NCBI GenBank assembly: GCA_051382305.1
Contig: JBBCAV010000387.1
Span: 1-20,066 of the forward strand
Source of the DNA: Bdellovibrionota bacterium FG-2
GTDB lineage: Bacteria; Bdellovibrionota; UBA1018
Direction: 5' to 3'
DNA length: 20,066 bases
Both the position numbers and the translations under genes were made by a program. The notes beneath the pieces are model-generated. The model was not told the origin of the DNA. It made no database searches and saw only the letters and a program-made list of their open reading frames with translations. The first letter of the stretch is position 1. Every line of letters begins with the position of its first letter. Below are positions 17,451 through 20,066 of this stretch, one piece after another.

Positions 17451-18632
17451 TTAGCTCCAATATCCCCACGGCACGTGACAAATTCCGCCTTTCTTGGGTA
17501 TGTCGACGAGGTCTCGCGGAGATACCACAATGCCTTGCTCTGCTTTGAGCGTTTTCATCGCTCCTTGCAAAGGCCGCAAGTCCCATCCCGTGACCTTGCT
17601 CGAGGACAGGATCAACACCGGAACTCCATTCCAAACCAAATCTACAGGAGAGCCGCTTCGGCTTTTGAAATAGACTGGTGTCACGTTCTCTTGCGCATAA
17701 TGGGAGTTGGTCAAAATTTCGTTGAGCACAAAAATCCGCGTGAGCGACAAAGTCGCGCCAGGGGCGTTCACATATTTCATCAGAAAGTTTGCGACCCCAG
17801 AATCTGTGGGCAAGAAAACGTCGTGCCCGCGCCCGAGTTCATGGCTGCCCATTCGTCGAATAAGGAAAATAGTTTGCATCGCCTCAAAATACTTCTTTAG
17901 CGTTCGAGATTGCTGCGTAAACAGCGGTGACGTCGGTAGCTCACCTTGAGCGAGAATTCGGCCCATTTGTGAGAGGAGATCTTGGGCAATGTCGGCATCA
18001 TATCCTTTGCCATAAGCTCTTCGTAGGTCGCGGCCAAGAGTTGTATCCATCCACGAATCAAAATACTGTTTGTGCCGCTCCAGGGTGCGAACAAAAGCCG
18101 GAACGGGGATTCCTCCCTTTGTCATCTGAGCGCTCACGTCTTCGACGGAAAAACGGGGCGTGAGAGCGTGCAGCGGTGAATGTAAAGTTGAGTGCACTCG
18201 CTGAGGTTCAAATGGTTTGGCATGCAGCTCTGCCAGGGTTATGGGCCAGAGGTAGCAAGTTCCAATTCTTCCGGTTAACGACTCACGAATTCCCTCAAGG
18301 GTGTTGAAGTTGCTTGAGCCGGTCAAAAAAAATTGCCCGGGGATCCGTTTTCGATCCACTTTGCTTTTTACTGCGTCGAAGATTTCTTCGACTTTCTGCG
18401 CCTCATCGATAGCCACAGGATATTCGAGTTTTGCCAAGAAGGCTTTGGGAGAAGCGAGAGCGTCTCGTCGAACGTCGTCGTCATCGAAAGTGTGGTAATT
18501 TGTAACGTGAGCCTGATTTCTAAGAAACGTAGACTTCCCAACTTGGCGAAGTCCCAAAACGCCAATGACCGGCCAAAAACGTCGTTGGGACTCTAAGAGG
18601 TCAATGATGTGTCTTTTTCGCTCATTCGGCAT
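17451..18632 (-). CDS. AAA_14/DUF4143-like ATP-binding protein, paralog B
   Basis: Walker A GLRQVGKST, Walker B AIDEAQK, PGQFFLTGS, ESLTGR, GGIP, RDL. Confidence 0.85.
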   Translation of the reverse strand: MPNERKRHIIDLLESQRRFWPVIGVLGLRQVGKSTFLRNQAHVTNYHTFDDDDVRRDALASPKAFLAKLEYPVAIDEAQKVEEIFDAVKSKVDRKRIPGQFFLTGSSNFNTLEGIRESLTGRIGTCYLWPITLAELHAKPFEPQRVHSTLHSPLHALTPRFSVEDVSAQMTKGGIPVPAFVRTLERHKQYFDSWMDTTLGRDLRRAYGKGYDADIAQDLLSQMGRILAQGELPTSPLFTQQSRTLKKYFEAMQTIFLIRRMGSHELGRGHDVFLPTDSGVANFLMKYVNAPGATLSLTRIFVLNEILTNSHYAQENVTPVYFKSRSGSPVDLVWNGVPVLILSSSKVTGWDLRPLQGAMKTLKAEQGIVVSPRDLVDIPKKGGICHVPWGYWS

Positions 18633-18634
18633 AT

Positions 18635-18680
18635 ATTGACTATACCTTAGGGCTATATAATGTCAAATAGTATAGTCAAT
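18635..18680 (-). promoter_or_regulatory. Sigma70 promoter (probably leaderless) bracketed by a perfect 11-bp inverted repeat upstream of ATPase B
   Basis: ATTGACTATAC (18635-18645) / GTATAGTCAAT (18670-18680); minus strand TTGACA-N16-TATAGT, then 6 nt, then ATG; no SD. Confidence 0.65.
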
Positions 18681-19453
18681 GGCCCAAGATCTTCGCGCGC
18701 TTACGCATTGCCTTGAATATTGGCTCGCTGATTCTTCTTGGAAAATCGCGTGGAAGAATTGAACTGACGGTATCAATGGCATCGTCAGTCTGGAGTCGAA
18801 CCTCTTCGATGATTTCATCGATTTGCGAAAACTTGCTTTTGGCAGCGGTTTGTTTCCAATGCCTGGGGCGCACTTCTTTGACCTTGTAATGCCGGTTATC
18901 GCCAATGGCCATTGCTAGTTTGATTTTTTCGAGGGGCAGAATCTGTGGATTAACGTGAGGATCGGCGGACATAACGTCATAAAGGGGCGTGAGAATGAAA
19001 CCGCCCGGCCGATTAAAGAGGCTGAAATTCTTGGCATGACCATCAATGGCAGCGATGAGCCAAAAAATGATCTGGGTCTTCATGAAAATTCTTCGGTCTT
19101 CATCTCGCTGGTCAGATTCATTCAAGAGCGAGAGGACGGCTCGGATTCCGGGGCCTCCATCAGATTCGTATTTGTTGTCAGGGCCCACGCCTAGGGCTTG
19201 GCAAAGGTCTTCTTGAGGGATGCGATAAAGCTTTCTACCTACCCATTGACGATCGAAACGTTTTACGGAGAGAACTCTTAGGTCTTCAAAATCGATGATT
19301 TCGGCTTCTGAGACGCACAGGGCCAAAAGCATTCAATAGCTTTAGGCAGAGCCATTCGTTTTCAACGGAGAGCGAAAAATCAGGCCCGCCTGGATGTTTG
19401 CCGATTGCAGGTTTGAGGATGTGAGTGGTGGGGGTGGCTCCTTCAGGAATCAT
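18676..19453 (-). pseudogene. hipA: HipA-family kinase toxin fragment, 5'-truncated and frameshifted
   Basis: From 19453, MIPEGATPTTHILKPAIG...SVENEWLCLKLLNAFG, then a +1 shift at about 19320-19322 into LCVSEAEII...RFDR...QEDLCQALG...IDGHAKNFS...PLYD; the N-terminal part and hipB are absent. Confidence 0.85.
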
Positions 19454-19478
19454 CTAGGGCGTAGAAATTCAGCCCGAT

Positions 19479-19892
19479 TCAGGACTGACGCGAACCCCGG
19501 GATTTGGTCTTCTTCGTCGTAGCGGGTTTTCGCTTTGCGGCGTTTTTGAGTGCTTCTTTTTCTACGGCCAGATTATCTTTGGCAAACTGCAGAGCCAGAT
19601 CCACCCATTCGGCGGTGAGGGCTCTGAAGATTTTGTAGTTCTCCAGCTGTTGGCGGACCTTATCCACGGACTGACTGCCGATGAACTGGGTCGTGCTCTT
19701 GCCGTTATGAACATAACTGAGCTGGTAATAGGGACCATGCTTTTGTGGATTGTCAGGATCCACGCAGCGACAGCCTGTCTTTCCACACACCGTATATTGC
19801 TGATTTAGACTTCCGGGACGCATGTCCCCGATGGTTTGGAGTTCTTCTTTTATCCGCGTGATTCTTTTTTCGATCATGTGCTGTTGCCTCAT
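19479..19892 (-). CDS. DUF6788-like protein (IS-associated accessory protein)
   Basis: MRPGSL..QY.VCGK..CRC.....HGPYYQLSY...GKSTT, basic C-terminal tail. Confidence 0.7.
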   Translation of the reverse strand: MRQQHMIEKRITRIKEELQTIGDMRPGSLNQQYTVCGKTGCRCVDPDNPQKHGPYYQLSYVHNGKSTTQFIGSQSVDKVRQQLENYKIFRALTAEWVDLALQFAKDNLAVEKEALKNAAKRKPATTKKTKSRGSRQS

Positions 19893-19952
19893 GATAAATC
19901 AATACCATATTATCCTGATAGCTTACATAGGCTTTCAGAATAGGACGGTCCG

Positions 19953-20066
19953 ATGCACCCATGCTCCCGCTTAAGGAAGTCCAGGAACCACTGGAAAGAA
20001 AAGGCGGTCGAACGTGGCGGCCTGCTGCGCGATTTACGCAAAAAATTGGGCCGGTTTCGGCGGATC
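19953..20066 (+). CDS. 5' fragment of a probable transposase-like/mobile element protein (partial)
   Basis: ATG 19953 after AGGACGG; open to the window end: MHPCSRLRKSRNHWKEKAVERGGLLRDLRKKLGRFRRI; divergent from DUF6788. Confidence 0.4.
   Translation, partial: MHPCSRLRKSRNHWKEKAVERGGLLRDLRKKLGRFRRI

Larger units (their letters stand above)
19457..20066. mobile_element. End of a putative IS-like element carrying DUF6788 and a divergent ORF; runs off the window
   Basis: HipA homology stops abruptly at CTAG 19454-19457; GGGC-GTAGAAATTCA-GCCC follows; DUF6788-type genes are usually transposase-associated. Confidence 0.5.

Noticed and set aside
17062-17634. 190-aa minus ORF as a complete gene
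   Set aside because: Its first third overlaps ATPase B in another frame; only the distal part looks protein-like and is reported as a possible remnant.

Overview
Bacterial chromosome segment; the gene repertoire suggests a deltaproteobacterial-type lineage (Bdellovibrionota/Myxococcota-like), which is inference only. From left to right: (1) att-like repeats and IHF-consensus sites 3' of a tRNA-Asn(GTT), probably the edge of an integrated element lying left of the window. (2) A compact bacterial microcompartment (BMC) locus of the Haliangium ochraceum type: BMC-T(dp), BMC-H, BMC-P, acylating aldehyde dehydrogenase, BMC-T(s), BMC-P, BMC-P. No signature enzyme is present, and the locus runs into a HAMP-like membrane protein, a DUF1284 protein and a TPR-lytic transglycosylase. 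The dehydrogenase's putative encapsulation peptide (1722-1880) is in frame with the enzyme but separated from it by a TAG inside a 39-bp imperfect palindrome. (3) Housekeeping genes: ychF, pth, prs (no rplY between prs and pth), an M3 peptidase, a cyclophilin and tatC. (4) An accessory/defence-like islet after tatC: two divergent AAA_14/DUF4143-like ATPases, each with an inverted repeat over a short-leader promoter, a HigBA-like toxin-antitoxin pair, a frameshifted and truncated hipA, and the end of a DUF6788-carrying IS-like element. Family calls come from motif recognition, not database searches.
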